Shown here piece by piece: positions 48,234 through 60,506 of a stretch of DNA of 64,000 nucleotides. This stretch comes from Paecilomyces variotii. Lineage: Eukaryota. How positions within the stretch are numbered: position 1 is the stretch's first letter; each line of letters starts with the position of its first letter. The position numbers and the translations under genes were made by a program. Under the pieces are notes generated by a model, which was given only the letters and a program-made list of their open reading frames with translations, was not told the DNA's origin and did not search any database. The stretch is taken from NCBI GenBank assembly GCA_004022145.1, contig RCNU01000005.1; one strand, written 5' to 3'.

Positions 48234-50534
48234 TCATCGCTGGATACTCTTTGCTGCTTTGACAAAGGCACGGATCTTATCTAGATCTTGGGAGCCTGCC
48301 GTTTCCACCCCGCTGCTAACATCAACGCCAACCACCTTCTTTGCCGATTCGCCTAATTTCTTAACGATTTCAGCAACGTTTTCGGCGTTGAGTCCGCCAG
48401 CTAGGATGACTCGTAGACCATCATCCCCCTCCAAGGTCTTTTGCACACCAGAGAGATCAAGCAACTCTCCCGTTCCCCCGGCGCCAGAATCCAGTAGCGG
48501 AAGCGTATGATAAGCTCTGCGAGATAGCCCAGGTTCACCGAGATCAAATTTCCTGATTACTGGCACAGGTATCAGGTTTGCCCACTCCACGGGCTCAGAC
48601 CCGTGGAGTTGCACAACATCAAGACCCAACTTCTGCTGTTGGGCTAAGATATAAGACAGGGGCTGGTTCGCGAAGACACCCACGAGCAAAGCACGTTTTG
48701 GATGGCGTAGAGAGCTCGATGCATACTCGAAGTAATCAACAGATGCAGTTTGTACTTGTTGTATGGTATTCCCCGAAGGGCGTGGCGTTGACTTCACAAC
48801 CTCCGAGATCTGAACAGCAACCTCGTCGGATACAAGTCTCTTGCGACCATGCACCAAAATGATACCGATCAAATCGGCACCTGCTTCGATCGCCGCGCGA
48901 GCAGCGTCAGGAGACCTTGTACCGCACACCTTTACGAGCGGAGAGAGTTCTGTGGTGCTTGAGAGCTTCTCGGCGCTTCCACCAAGAAGCTCAGAAACAA
49001 AGGCTGCAGTGTCCTTTGCTCGCATGAGAGCCTCACCGACAAGAATGGCTTTCACACCATCTTTCTTGTAAGCCTCCACATCCTTCGGGCCCGAGATCCC
49101 GCTGAGAGCACAAACAATGGTGGCTTCGGGAACTTGATCCATCAATCTGCTCGTAGTGCCCAAATCAACTTCGAAACTGGTCAAATCTCTGTTGTTGACC
49201 CCAATCACCTCCGCTCCAAGGTCTACTGCGATCTTCATTTCCTCCGGCGTGTTGACCTCGACAAGCGGTTCCATACCCAGGCTCCGCGAGTAATGGTACA
49301 ATCTGGTGAGGAGCTCAACACTCAACATCTTGACGATCAGAAGTACGGTATCAGCGCCAGCCAGTCGGGCCTCCAGGATCTGATATTCGTCGAATACGAA
49401 TTCCTTCCGGAGCACCGCAGGTCGGTTCGGGATGCCTTCCAAACTCTGTCGAACAGCACGGAGATCATCAATGCTTCCCTTAAACCATTCAGGCTCTGTG
49501 AGAACAGAGATGACACTAGCGCCCGCCATGGCATATTTCCTCGCTTGAGCTGGGGCGCAGGTAGATGCTGCGATAATGCCTTTGGAAGGGGAGGCTCTCT
49601 TTATTTCAGCCATCAAGGATAAACCGAATGGTGACTGCCGAAGACGGGCCGGGAAAGAGATCTGTGGAGGCGAGATACCAAGGTCATAAGAGGCCTGAAG
49701 ATCCTCAGGGCGCTGAGATGGAATCTCTTTCTGAGCAGCCACAGAGGCCCTACGATGGGCATATATCTTTTCCAGTATAGACGTCTTCTTGTCGGACTTC
49801 GTAGAACCACTGATGGGCGCAGAGCTGGCTGGGACTGGCTGACCAGTCAGGCGTTGGTTCTCTTCCCAGGTGCCTCCACGCATCTTAAGGAAATTTCTAA
49901 ACATTGCTCGGCCATGTTCGGTCAGAATGCTCTCCGGGTGGAACTGCACGCCTTCCACGACGAATTCTTTGTGTCTGATTCCTTGTATGACCCCCTTCTT
50001 GCCAGTCTCGTCGAGCTCAATCCAGGAGGAAACAAGCAAGCAATCCGGAACTGTCGAATGGGTACCGGCAAGGGAGTGGTATCGTGTCACTGCTATGGAG
50101 GGAGGAAGATCCGCGTAGACGCCCTTACCATCGTGCTTGAGAACGGATGTCTTGCCATGGAGAATTTCGCCCGTAACATCGACCTTGCCTCCGAAAGACT
50201 GGATGATACACTGCTGGCCCATGCAGACACCGAACACGGGGATCTTCCCCGCAAAATGTTGTATAGCGGCATTGCTGATCCCAGCATCTTTCTCAGGATG
50301 TCCGGGACCAGGGCTAATCACCAACTGAGTCGGCTTCTTCGCAATCAATTCCTCAAGGGTGATCTGATCATTGCGGAACACTGTGACTTTCGCGCCTTCT
50401 AGGACCAGATACTGATATACATTCCAGGTGAAGGAGTCGTAGTTGTCGATCAAAATGAGGTTGGACGCATTGTCCAGCTCTGCGGCCTTGGTGGGATGGC
50501 GGGGTGAATAGTCGATTAGACCGGAGTCGGGCAT
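48234..50534 (-). CDS. trpC: Trifunctional tryptophan biosynthesis protein (glutamine amidotransferase, IGP synthase, PRA isomerase)
   Basis: [86 protein letters not shown]. Real ATG at 50534 (MPDSGLID); intronless. Confidence 0.98.
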   Translation of the reverse strand: MPDSGLIDYSPRHPTKAAELDNASNLILIDNYDSFTWNVYQYLVLEGAKVTVFRNDQITLEELIAKKPTQLVISPGPGHPEKDAGISNAAIQHFAGKIPVFGVCMGQQCIIQSFGGKVDVTGEILHGKTSVLKHDGKGVYADLPPSIAVTRYHSLAGTHSTVPDCLLVSSWIELDETGKKGVIQGIRHKEFVVEGVQFHPESILTEHGRAMFRNFLKMRGGTWEENQRLTGQPVPASSAPISGSTKSDKKTSILEKIYAHRRASVAAQKEIPSQRPEDLQASYDLGISPPQISFPARLRQSPFGLSLMAEIKRASPSKGIIAASTCAPAQARKYAMAGASVISVLTEPEWFKGSIDDLRAVRQSLEGIPNRPAVLRKEFVFDEYQILEARLAGADTVLLIVKMLSVELLTRLYHYSRSLGMEPLVEVNTPEEMKIAVDLGAEVIGVNNRDLTSFEVDLGTTSRLMDQVPEATIVCALSGISGPKDVEAYKKDGVKAILVGEALMRAKDTAAFVSELLGGSAEKLSSTTELSPLVKVCGTRSPDAARAAIEAGADLIGIILVHGRKRLVSDEVAVQISEVVKSTPRPSGNTIQQVQTASVDYFEYASSSLRHPKRALLVGVFANQPLSYILAQQQKLGLDVVQLHGSEPVEWANLIPVPVIRKFDLGEPGLSRRAYHTLPLLDSGAGGTGELLDLSGVQKTLEGDDGLRVILAGGLNAENVAEIVKKLGESAKKVVGVDVSSGVETAGSQDLDKIRAFVKAAKSIQR

Positions 50535-50672
50535 GGTCGCGGTGTTCCAATTGTCGCAGTAGAGCTGCAGGCACCGGAGAGGAGGACCGACTGGGTTGGG
50601 GGAAAAGGAAGGCAAGGGACAGTTGGCTATAAATGCCTTCACTTCAGAGGAGAAGCAATAATAATCATAACG

Positions 50673-50679
50673 TGAGTCA
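50673..50679. promoter_or_regulatory. Perfect Gcn4/CpcA recognition element (TGASTCA) 139 bp upstream of the trpC ATG
   Basis: TGAGTCA on + (TGACTCA on -) in the 411-bp trpC/NUP188 divergent spacer; tryptophan biosynthesis genes are known cross-pathway control targets. Confidence 0.7.
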
Positions 50680-50945
50680 GATGGCTTCACTTTCGCCGTC
50701 CGTCTTGATGTTCGGGTAGCTTGCCGAAACGGGCTCTCTTGTCAAAAGAGCCAAACACCAAAATTTCATTGAGTCCGAGTGCGACTAAACCCGGATAGGA
50801 ATTCATTGTTGACCTCCAAGCTCAGGGCTGCAAGATCCAGCTTCAGCTCCAGCTCCAGCTCCCAAGCTCTCCAACTGCCTCCTCGCGCTCGTCGCACACT
50901 CTCTACGGGGTCGATCCCTCGTATAATGATATAGTGGTGCTGCCA

Positions 50946-53900
50946 ATGGCTCCGGCTCCGGAAGCCTACTTTCCGTCCCTAGACAAATGTTTCTCTGGGG
51001 ACGCGCAACTTCTGTACGTCGACGCCTGGAGACTCTAAGAAGGAAGGCTAACAGAATCCAGATCATGGAAAAGGGCTTATCTGCATTTATGCGATTCTGA
51101 AACGGGCTCAGGAAATGCCGTTGGCCTGTATCAGTTTCTGTCGCATCCAGAGAGCATTCGTTGTCTCTCCCAAAGTCTGAATCCCTTTGCTCCCCCCTCC
51201 GCAAAATCCAAAGCCGAATTCGAGTCAAAGACCGCCGCGATCCATGTCAGCACATCGCCACAGGCACCATATGATCTCGCTGAGATCAAAGCGGATGCGC
51301 TATGGTTGAGCCAGAAAGCTAAGATCGATGAGGTCACAGCGCTACGGATTACCATCCTCGAATGGCAGAGTCGACCGGCTACAAGGCTGCTGGCTGGGTT
51401 TTCGGAGGAGGAATCGACAAGCTTACAGGATGCGGCAGGCGTCGATGGTTTCCGTGCGTCGTTGGCTGGTCTGCCCATGGTCCAGATTGTCAAACGGACC
51501 GCTGGCAGGGATGACGGAAGGTCGAGTTTTGCTTCAGAGGAGAGTAGACGCCAGCGATTGCGACTTCTCTACCTCTCAGAAAAGAATCATATATTGAGGG
51601 TTTCTCGGAAATTGTTAGCTTTGTCTCTCCATGGCCGTCGGCCAAACCAACCGATAGCGGCGGCGAAAGAAGGCAGTGCGAAAGACACCGCGAAGGACAC
51701 CAACCTCCGCGAGCTGGGACTCTCAATTTTCAAAGACAAATCAGGGGATACAGATAGGAACCGTTTCCTTGGCGAATGCGTCACTGCTATCCGGTCTCGA
51801 CTTTCTGACTTCGAGGGCGAGGGAGGCTGGTTAGGGGCCGCTGAATCTGACCAAGATTGTGAAGATGCATGGCGGACAATGCTCATTGATGAGATCGTTC
51901 ATATAACGCAGATCCTATTTCTTCAACTTCAGTCGTCCAATACTATTCCAACCGCTGATCTCTTACTATCATGGCTTCGCCTTATGGTAGACTACGAATT
52001 TCTAGAGTCCGTCAGAGTGGTGAGTACTGTCTGCCTTCATGCTTTGTGGTTCAGATCTGTTTCTAACAATTCTATCAGCCATGCGAAGAACCGATCTCTG
52101 TATTACTGCCCCTCCAAGCCTTTGTCTCCTTGACGACCCTCGCTTTCCTCAAGCTTTCAGTCTCAATACCATTCATCATCGACCATGCCCAATCCCAGGC
52201 TGGCCTATCAGGCGAGTCGGCATATTTCCTCTCACGAGAGCACATCTCCGAAATCAATGAGACGTTCCTCAATTCTGCAAGTGCGGGACTGATGACTGCG
52301 AGCCCGGCCGTGTTCGCTTGGGGTTTGATCATGTACACCATGCGAGAAATAGCACTTGCAACAAGGGAACGACGAGAACTCGAACAATTCCACAGTGCAG
52401 TGGATTCATTCCAATCCAATACCCCCGCTGCATCTCCTGGCCGTGGATCAGAGCAATCGTTGTACGAGGACTTATTGGATTGTGCTCGAAGCCCAAGGTA
52501 CGGAGACGAGGCTGTAACAATACTTACAGCAGGTGCAATTGATAGGGGGCGTGTCTTTGATGCGATCATTGCATTAGCCACGAAGGTTAGTTCAGTGTCA
52601 GCTGTAGACGATGGCCTCGTTGATCAGTGGATACGTGAGGCTCTATTGGACCTCGTCCGCGTCAGCACCGAATTTCTTGACTACATGCCGGAGATAGTGG
52701 AGTCTGTCCTGGCTATCCTCACAGGCAGCCCTACGAACCCTCCGTGGATATCTAATAGTGTTCAGAGTCATGTTAGCGAGCCCAGATCTGTCTTCTATGA
52801 GGACCCTGTGCTCATGGACAGGATATTCAGGGTGGCGCAGTCTCGGTTTCCCTATGAAACCGTGCCTTTCTTGAAGCTCTGCCGCGCTCTAACTAGCAAA
52901 GAGTTGGTGGTGAATGATGGTCTACCCGCTATTCTCAGCGAATTGGAGACCATGGACACTTTCACCCAGGTCGTCCCCCAGGATTTCCAAGGTTATGAAA
53001 CAATTCGGGAGGACGAGAATGCGAACTTCGTATCTCTGGTCGAACCACTTCCTATGATCGAACCTGCACAGCGGAAGCAAAGGTTGGTTCACAATCCAGA
53101 AAATGCCTTGATTGTAACCTCGTCGTCTCAAGTACCTACCTCTACGACAGGGCAGGTGGTGTCAGAAGCTGGCCCTCCAGTCATCATGTGGCAACATCAG
53201 TACTCCTGTCTGAGCTTCATTGGCAGCTGGCTTGAGGAGCGGGCGGAGAATGGTGGCTTTCCAGGTCAGTCTGAAGACTCGATCGCGGAAGCCATTGGGC
53301 TACTGGCAGATCTTATATCATCCGCTGGAGCCCGACCCGCGCAAGGTGCTGAGAGTTCGAGCGCAAAGAGAATTTTGGAAATGGCAAGTGATGGTCTCGC
53401 CCGCCAAGGAGATATCATATCTGTGATCCTCGACATCCTCGAACAAGACCTACAAAATATCAGCTTCAAACCAGGTTCTCAGGGACCATTGGAATCCACG
53501 ATTGCATGTCTACAGTTCCTCCGCGCCCTCGTTCCCATTCTGCCTAGCCGGGTGTGGCCGTTCCTGTCACGGAGCAGCTTTCTCGGTTCTGACGGGAAAG
53601 GGGGCGTCATGACTGCCGTCATTTCGGCGGTGGAAGTGACCTCTGGTGAATATCCATTCCTGCTCAATTGTGTCCGTCTTCTAGACGCTATTGTCGAGGA
53701 TTCGGCTTCACGTTCTGCAATTAGAAGAGCATCGCACCGCGGCTCGTCACGATTGAAAGATGCAATGGATTGGAGTGCAGGCGTGCCCGCCCACACGATG
53801 AGCGACGTATTGTTGACTTTTGTCCGGACCATGATCGACGTCTACAATAGCAACGCAAACTGGAGGTTTAATAACCCTGAAGACCGACTGGAAGTCAACA

Positions 53901-56597
53901 CCCTTCTCGCAAACACCTTTGAAAAGATCCTTTACTACGCTTATGGCGCGGGTGATAGCATGAAGCTGGAATCAAAGATTACCAATGTATTTTCTACATC
54001 GGCGCCGTATGTACTTGATGTCCTTCGACCAAGTTCGAAAGAAGAGCTTCCCTTCAACCCCGTTCTCCGAATAATTCTTGACGGCCTCAACACGCCTACG
54101 TCCACTATATATCTCCGTCCATTGACTGTTATAGAGAGGCAGCTGAAGTCGACACTAAAGCTCTCTATCAAGCTGGTACAAGCCGCACAACTCATTGGAT
54201 CGCCTGCCTCTCTGTTAGAGGAACAGCTGTTCAAGGCAGCGCCTGTTCTCGTCAAGCTATATGGCCTCCACGATAGCTATCGTCTCCTAGTAATCTCGCT
54301 TCTCGACCTTCTCGTTTCTAGGGCAGCTTCCGACCCAGACAATGAGCCGCCCTCCTTACTGGGCCATCTTGGGGCTGAGTCGACTTGCCTCTTCCTTGAC
54401 ATGCTAGCGCAGTTTGATCAGCCTCTGAATGACAGTTCCCTATTCATAGCAATATGGCAGCTGCTATCGACGTTTGTCAGTAAGCGCCAGCAGTGGCTTG
54501 CAGTCTACTTGCTTACCGGATCTTCACCTCGGGAGTCACTGAAGCAAAAAGATGGAAAGGGCAAGGCGCCTGCTATGAGAGCGACTCCCTTCTTTCAGAT
54601 AGCACTCGATACCCTGTCAAAGATCGAACAAGTCGATCCGCAAATCGCGTTGTCCATGTTGGAGTTTGTTTCACGATCTCAGGAGCATTGGCCTTGGGCA
54701 ACGCCGGAGCTGAAGAAACATCCTAACTTCTTCAACGGCATCATCCAATATGTCGCGAAATTGAAGCTAGGAAGTCTGCCTCCACATGAGCAGATATTTG
54801 CAACAAGGATTGCCGCCGTGACGGCTGATCTCTGCACTGTTTATCTACACTCTGCAAAGGAGGCTAGAGACATGACATTCTTCAAGACTCTCATCCCATT
54901 AATCACCTGGTTCGCCAACAATGCTGTCGAAGTGTCCGGTTACAATGCCTCGCTACATGCTAACCTCAGGAAGAATTTTGAAATGAAGTACGCCGGCTGT
55001 AAGCTGCTTGATTTCAAGAGAACGTCATTGGAGCCACGCTTACTTGGACGGGACTACTATTATGACATGAACCTAGGTGAAAAGCTTCTTTCGTATGATT
55101 TCGCTTGGATAGGCTCGAGAAACCAAGGTTTTGCTGAAGAGTTCGAACGTGCCAACCTGAACTTGTCACTAGTGGAAGCACAAGTGGTATGTACACCCTT
55201 CCAATATCTGTTGCATATCTAACCTGTCCCAGAGCCTCCTTCATAGTTGGAAATTCTTCGCTATCGAGCATTGCGCGGATTTTTGCCCCGACAAAGAAGT
55301 TCAGAAATCAATGGCATTGGTTGTCAAAAACTGTCTCGTCGCGAATACCGGAAGCATACCACAGGAAGCAGTCTTTGACCGACTGCAGCAGACTCGAGTT
55401 GACTTTGCCCAGGCTTTGCTTCAACGACTTGTTCAAATTCAGTCAAAGGGTGCTGAAGTCTTCGGGTTGCTCAGTGTCGTCTGGGAAGCTATGCGCGCCC
55501 GTGGTGGAACGTATGAGAATGCCCTCGCCAACGATGATACCGAGTATTACCGCTCGCTTCTGAATGTCCTCTTTTTATCCCTCCAGTTCCATCTGGACGG
55601 GCCTTCTCGGACAGAACCTGAAGTTGTCGGCAAGAAACCCAAGTTCTCGTCGGATACGTCAATAGTACTCGAAGTGGTTAAGGTCGTTGTGGCACAAGGA
55701 TTCCGCACTCTAACCACGTACTTGCATGACGATCCACAGAAGTGCCATCCTCGAGATTTCGCTATACTGACGGCAATCCTGCAAACATGTCTGCAAGTGA
55801 AATATGCGGATCGCTTATACGGACAGATCGCATTCCATATCGAAGACAATGATACTGCCCGATATGCCCTCACCTTGTTTTCATGGTCAGATCAAATCGC
55901 CATCGAAGGCGACCCGATCTACGGAGAGCTCAGTATCTTATTCCTACTTGAGCTGTCAACCGTCCCAATGCTAGCTGAACATCTCGCAGTGGAGGCTGTC
56001 CTGATGAAGCTCACTACGTGCCGACTGACCAATGTCCTGCAGCAGTCGAAGGGATGCGGACCCTTTGACCCGATTCCCAGGCTGCACTCTATCTGGAGTG
56101 GCGGCATCCTTCCGCTATGCATCAATCTGCTCTACCATGTGATGCGCGCCGCACCCGAGGTGGCAGCGTTTCTTAACCAATTTGGAGGTCAGCTCAACAG
56201 AGCATCTGAAAGCTTCACAAGCAGCCACGCGGGCGTGTCGACAACTCAGCCAGCGGGTCGAATCTGCTTGAGCATGGCATCCGAGGCGTACTCCCTAGCT
56301 CTGATCTCCTTTATCCTCGAGAGATTCCGCGAGGCTGGGCCTAGCGCCGGGATAGATATCCAGACCATTCAAGAGCTCAAGTGGGACAAGGGACGCGTCA
56401 AGGAGGACATTGAGGAACTGCTAGGACGCAGGCAGACTCTCCGGGCTCGAATCGTCGCCACCAGCGAGAAGGAGCTCGAGCTAGCGAGGCAAAAGCCACT
56501 TAATGCAACAGCATCTGGTGCGGAGGATCGTTTGGAGGAGAAGATCGTCAACGAACTTAGTGCAGCATTGGTGTGTCTTGGTGGCGAAGTCGAATAA
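50946..56597 (+). CDS. nup188: Nucleoporin Nup188/Nup184; introns 51014-51061, 52020-52078, 55187-55232
   Basis: MAPAPEAYFPSLDKCFSGD start; three GT-AG introns join the 275-, 1030- and 428-aa ORFs into an ~1,830-aa helical protein (ADALWLSQKAKIDEVTALRI, ANLNLSLVEAQ, GDPIYGELS) of Nup188 size and character. Confidence 0.85.
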
Positions 56598-57661
56598 TTG
56601 CCATTATCTTCATGTTCTTCACACATACCATCTTGGCGTTCCACTCTCATGAGTTCTTTCTGCAAACGTGTTCTGTTTTAAATTAGGCGGGGAAGGAGAG
56701 GAGTATCTTTTTCGCAATGGAAGTCGTACCTGGTCTCATGTCCAATGCTCTGGATGATAAAAAGAATCTATTTTTTGATAATTCGTGTTTGGAGGTTGTG
56801 TGTTTCTCTAAGCCACGTAGGCACGATCTACAGGTTGAATCTCGCATATGCAGCTTAAGGAGATGAATTTAAACCACTTTAGTGACTAGTGATATTTAAG
56901 TCTTCTCCTGTCATGATGGAGATTCCGCACAACATATAATGATGCAGTGGAGTCCAGCATATGCGATGCACACATAGTCATACAATGAACAAATAAAACA
57001 TATGAGGTAAAAGACTTGTGTCTGTATTTGTATTAAGGGCAATAAACAAGAATATCATTATTTCCAAGCCCAGTTTTAAAGAGGCCAGTTGTATAGGTAG
57101 TTACTACCATTATATATTCCGTAGTTGTAATAATCACAGCAAATCCCGACTTTTCCCCGTCGGGCAAATTCAATCGACCTCAGGTAGGTAGTCATCTGAT
57201 TCTTTCCATTTGTCCATTTGTTCTTTCCTTCTTGCCACCTTTCCATCTTGATGGGCTTAAGAAAAAATCTGATATCTTCGTTTTTCTTTTTTCTCAAGAT
57301 CGTCGATTTCGGCTATTTCATGCATGTGAAGCGAATCTGGCGCTGTTGGAAAGTAGTGCCACGCTGAGTAATTTTTTTGCTTTCGATGAGTATGTGAACT
57401 ACTGCAGAGCTACTGCAGTACGTACAGAACATGTGGCCTGGGTTTGGGGGCGAGTTTTCGCCCGTGCTCAGCATTTGATTGCGGATACTACTGAAGAGCA
57501 CTATGGAAGTAGGTAGAAGGGTAACGTCCTCCATAGTAGTGTGTACTCAGGACTGTTATGTCCACTTGCAGGTCGATTCTCTCCACTTGTCCCCTTGGTG
57601 GGACGCGCGCACACACATTCTCTCTCTGTTTCTTTCTCTCTGATACCAACACAGAGCCGAT

Positions 57662-59030
57662 CTAATCAGCCCTGCCTACCTACTGTGGCGCAGGGACCCG
57701 CCACACGGGGGGCTGGTTAGCGCTCCAGGCGCCGGGGAGTTCGGCAATGGTGCCAAGTCGGAATGATCCCAAGGCCGCAGTATTATTCGCCGGCGACTAG
57801 AACCGACAAAGAAGCGCCATCGCGGAGTCGAAGCACCGCCACGGGCAGTTATTGGTTAGCCGCCCCGAAATCTGCGTATGCTTCCAGATCCCGAGTCGAA
57901 GAGAGACTAAAATGATCAACTAAAATCCGTATCCGCCCTTCGACCATTATTGGTCTTCGAATATGAGTATCCTATTCCGGGCTGAGCTGAGAGTCGTCCA
58001 TGAGGCGAGACCGCCTTGATTGCTCTATGGTACTTATCTGACCCTGTGTCTCGGCGGCTTTAAGTAACAGACCCCACCGGACGGTGTGCTTTGGTCATGG
58101 GAAGGAAGGTTCGCCCATCTTCTGATGCAGTCGAATAGGTAGACACACGCAGAACTAAGTTAGTCAATGTAGGGGCCTGTGTGGCATACCAGTTAGGCTG
58201 TCTGTTCGTGTTTTCATGGCCCTTACAGGCGCTTCTGCGGTGAGCTGCAGGTTGGCCTCATCGGACTACTATACAGAGATCGTTATGCCCGTTGGTTTGG
58301 TTCACATCACCGTTAAAGTTAACTATAACCAGAGAATCCACCTACCAGCAGGATATTTCGTTGGGCTGCAGATAAAATCTTCAATCGATTGGCCAAAGCA
58401 TGTGGCGTTGTTCATCGAGAGCTGAAAAGTCATGTACTGTCCCAGTTCCTCGGTGCCTAGTGCGCAGGATGAAGGCCGTCATCATCTCGCCGCAGCATAA
58501 TCGTTCATGCTGACAAGATCTATGCAGATCTTATGGTGGACCTGGAGCCCCTCTTGAGGCCAACTTGTAGCCGCCTAACTGTCCTGGACATGTTCCTTTT
58601 TCGTCAATATGTTGCGAAAGGCGGAATCCCCACCACATCCTCAGTTGACTTTAAGCTCAGTTTTTGAGATCCAGGATGCTGTATGGGGCCTCGGCTCTTT
58701 TTGTTCCTCCGAGCGCATCTTCATTAGTAGAACTGAAGCGGTCTCCTATCAGGTCCTCATGGAACCGACAGTGGCCTGAAATCACATTTTCGCCCCTCTT
58801 CGACGTATCAGATATATATCGGTTGTCCCCGAAGGGCTTCCGTAGATTCCTCGTTTGAATCTGCCGTTTCCACGTAGATTATTATCGAGATCATGAGACA
58901 ACAGAGTGCTAGTTTCGTCATTGTCTTAACCTAGTCGATGAAGGAGGTGGCTTGGCTGAGAAAGACACATGCCAGCAACTCCAGGTCGGTGTTCTGTTCC
59001 CATTGGATAACCCATCAACGTGACATGGGC
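57662..59030 (+). ncRNA. Candidate long structured RNA or structured 5' leader; family unassigned
   Basis: Many nested inverted repeats, including a 17-bp helix (58244-58260 / 58555-58571), 11 bp (57662-57672 / 57710-57720) and 10 bp (58168-58177 / 58218-58227). All non-Watson-Crick pairs in them are G-U on the + strand. Preceded by a CT-rich tract at 57618-57641; no credible ORF. Confidence 0.4.
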
Positions 59031-59182
59031 TGCTTCGATTGAAATCCGATTATCTTTCTGAGATTGGCCATCATTTTTATCATGCATTGCCTATCCTGCT
59101 GCTCCCTTGTCTGCTTTCATCATACTTTTCGCAGAACTTAGGGCCACGACGTCGAAGACCCCATTATTCAGTTTCTGGTGAC

Positions 59183-59740
59183 ATGAGCAACGAATCGAGG
59201 ACTCGACCTGAATCCACTAGGAAGATAATCAGTGAAGACAGTCAGACTGGTGGTTGCACCGCTACAGCCGAGATATCAACGCCTGCTTCAGTCCCGCTAC
59301 CGTCAGCTAGTGATATACTCCAACCGCTATCTCAGATGTATCAGGAATCAAATATTCCAAGCAGCGGGGAAGTCGCTGCTCTTTCTCGAGGAGCGAGGGA
59401 GGAGCACCGTGCCTGTGCAAAAGAACCAGCTAATGGACTGGGGACTGATGGAGGATCGAGAAGCTCTAAATCAGGCCCAGAGCCCCTGCTGTACACCACA
59501 GATGAGCACGCAGAAGTTGATGGAGCAAAAACTTCGGAGCAGAATGCATCCAGCGTCACAGTCTCTTCAGTCAGTCCGTTGGCAGAATCGGCTGAACAGA
59601 CACCGTCCGCTCAAACCCATGATGCGGATACAGAGCATCGACCATCAATACAGAAACGGAGTGAAATGGTGCAAGTTATGCGTGAGGTCGACTCTGACGG
59701 CGAACGAACATTTATACGACGAATTGTCGAGTACCGCTAG
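59183..59740 (+). CDS. Small hypothetical protein, Ser/Thr/Glu-rich and disordered, with an ordered-looking C-terminal peptide; true start uncertain
   Basis: 233-codon open frame (59039-59740), first ATG at 59183; ends RSEMVQVMREVDSDGERTFIRRIVEYR; possible acceptor TTTTCGCAG at 59134. Confidence 0.5.
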   Translation: MSNESRTRPESTRKIISEDSQTGGCTATAEISTPASVPLPSASDILQPLSQMYQESNIPSSGEVAALSRGAREEHRACAKEPANGLGTDGGSRSSKSGPEPLLYTTDEHAEVDGAKTSEQNASSVTVSSVSPLAESAEQTPSAQTHDADTEHRPSIQKRSEMVQVMREVDSDGERTFIRRIVEYR

Positions 59741-60506
59741 GTCCAGCTAATCTTCGCTGGTGGCGTTTCGAGTTCCACTGTTCTGGCGCTATAACTGGTA
59801 TCTTTGGGATCAGGATTATTTCCTTCTATTTTTAGGTCATGCCAGCTTGATGAAGACCTATTTCATACTCCCCTGTTTGTGTGCAGCCATGCGGACCTCT
59901 TTCTCTCGGTGTTAACCTACCTGGTGGCATTTGTCTTCTGTCTCTATTTTATCTTGATGTCAGCGACAGTTTCAGAAGATCTCTTTGATGGATTTATTGT
60001 TGCAAGCTGTTAGCCGCAAACCTGTTATTGATGCGATGGCGCTCTTGACATGATATGTGTATACACTATTATGGGAGGCGAGGAGCAACATCTTGGATGG
60101 CGCATCATTATGGTGATAGAAATCGTCCATATACAATTAGTCTTCTCACATATATACATTTGTTTAATAAAATAAAGTATCATCTTGGCACCTTGAGAAG
60201 ACAGATGAACTCCCATACTATGGTTAGTTATTGTCGAAGAGGAATCGAACTTGTCGTTTTGCATTTCCTGGGGAAAGAGCACCCTGCTGAGTCATCCACC
60301 AATCAACTTCAGCCTCTCGTGACATCTTCAGTCCCCGCCGCCGCGGAGCTACCCACGTGTCTATCATATCAAACGCAGCTCGAACGTCTACTGCGTTATG
60401 AACAGATTACACGCATAATACTTACCAGCGAGGGCAAACCATTGGGTGTGGATCCCTCAGTGTCTGATTTGGGAAATAAGAAAAAAAAAAGAAACAGAGA
60501 CTCACG

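Noticed and set aside
50535-50690. 52-codon N-terminal extension of TrpC given by the ORF track
   Set aside because: Starts at GTG, overlaps promoter elements and lacks similarity to TrpC; the ATG at 50534 fits the family.
55187-55311. Apparent split or frameshift of NUP188 into three ORFs
   Set aside because: Explained by canonical short introns that restore the frame.
57730-58180. RNase P or MRP RNA (GGGGAGTTCGG resembles CR-I)
   Set aside because: No matching CR-V / P4 partner found at a suitable distance.
57650-59900. Telomerase RNA as the identity of the structured region (size ~2 kb, long arms, U-rich loop at ~58695-58708)
   Set aside because: No ~1.5-repeat C-rich template: only 6-nt CCTAAC at 58574 and TAACCC at 59008. 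The ACTAAAAT direct repeat at 57906-57926 would template a non-G-rich repeat, and there is no clear Sm site / 5' splice-site pair. Worth re-testing once the organism's telomere repeat is known.
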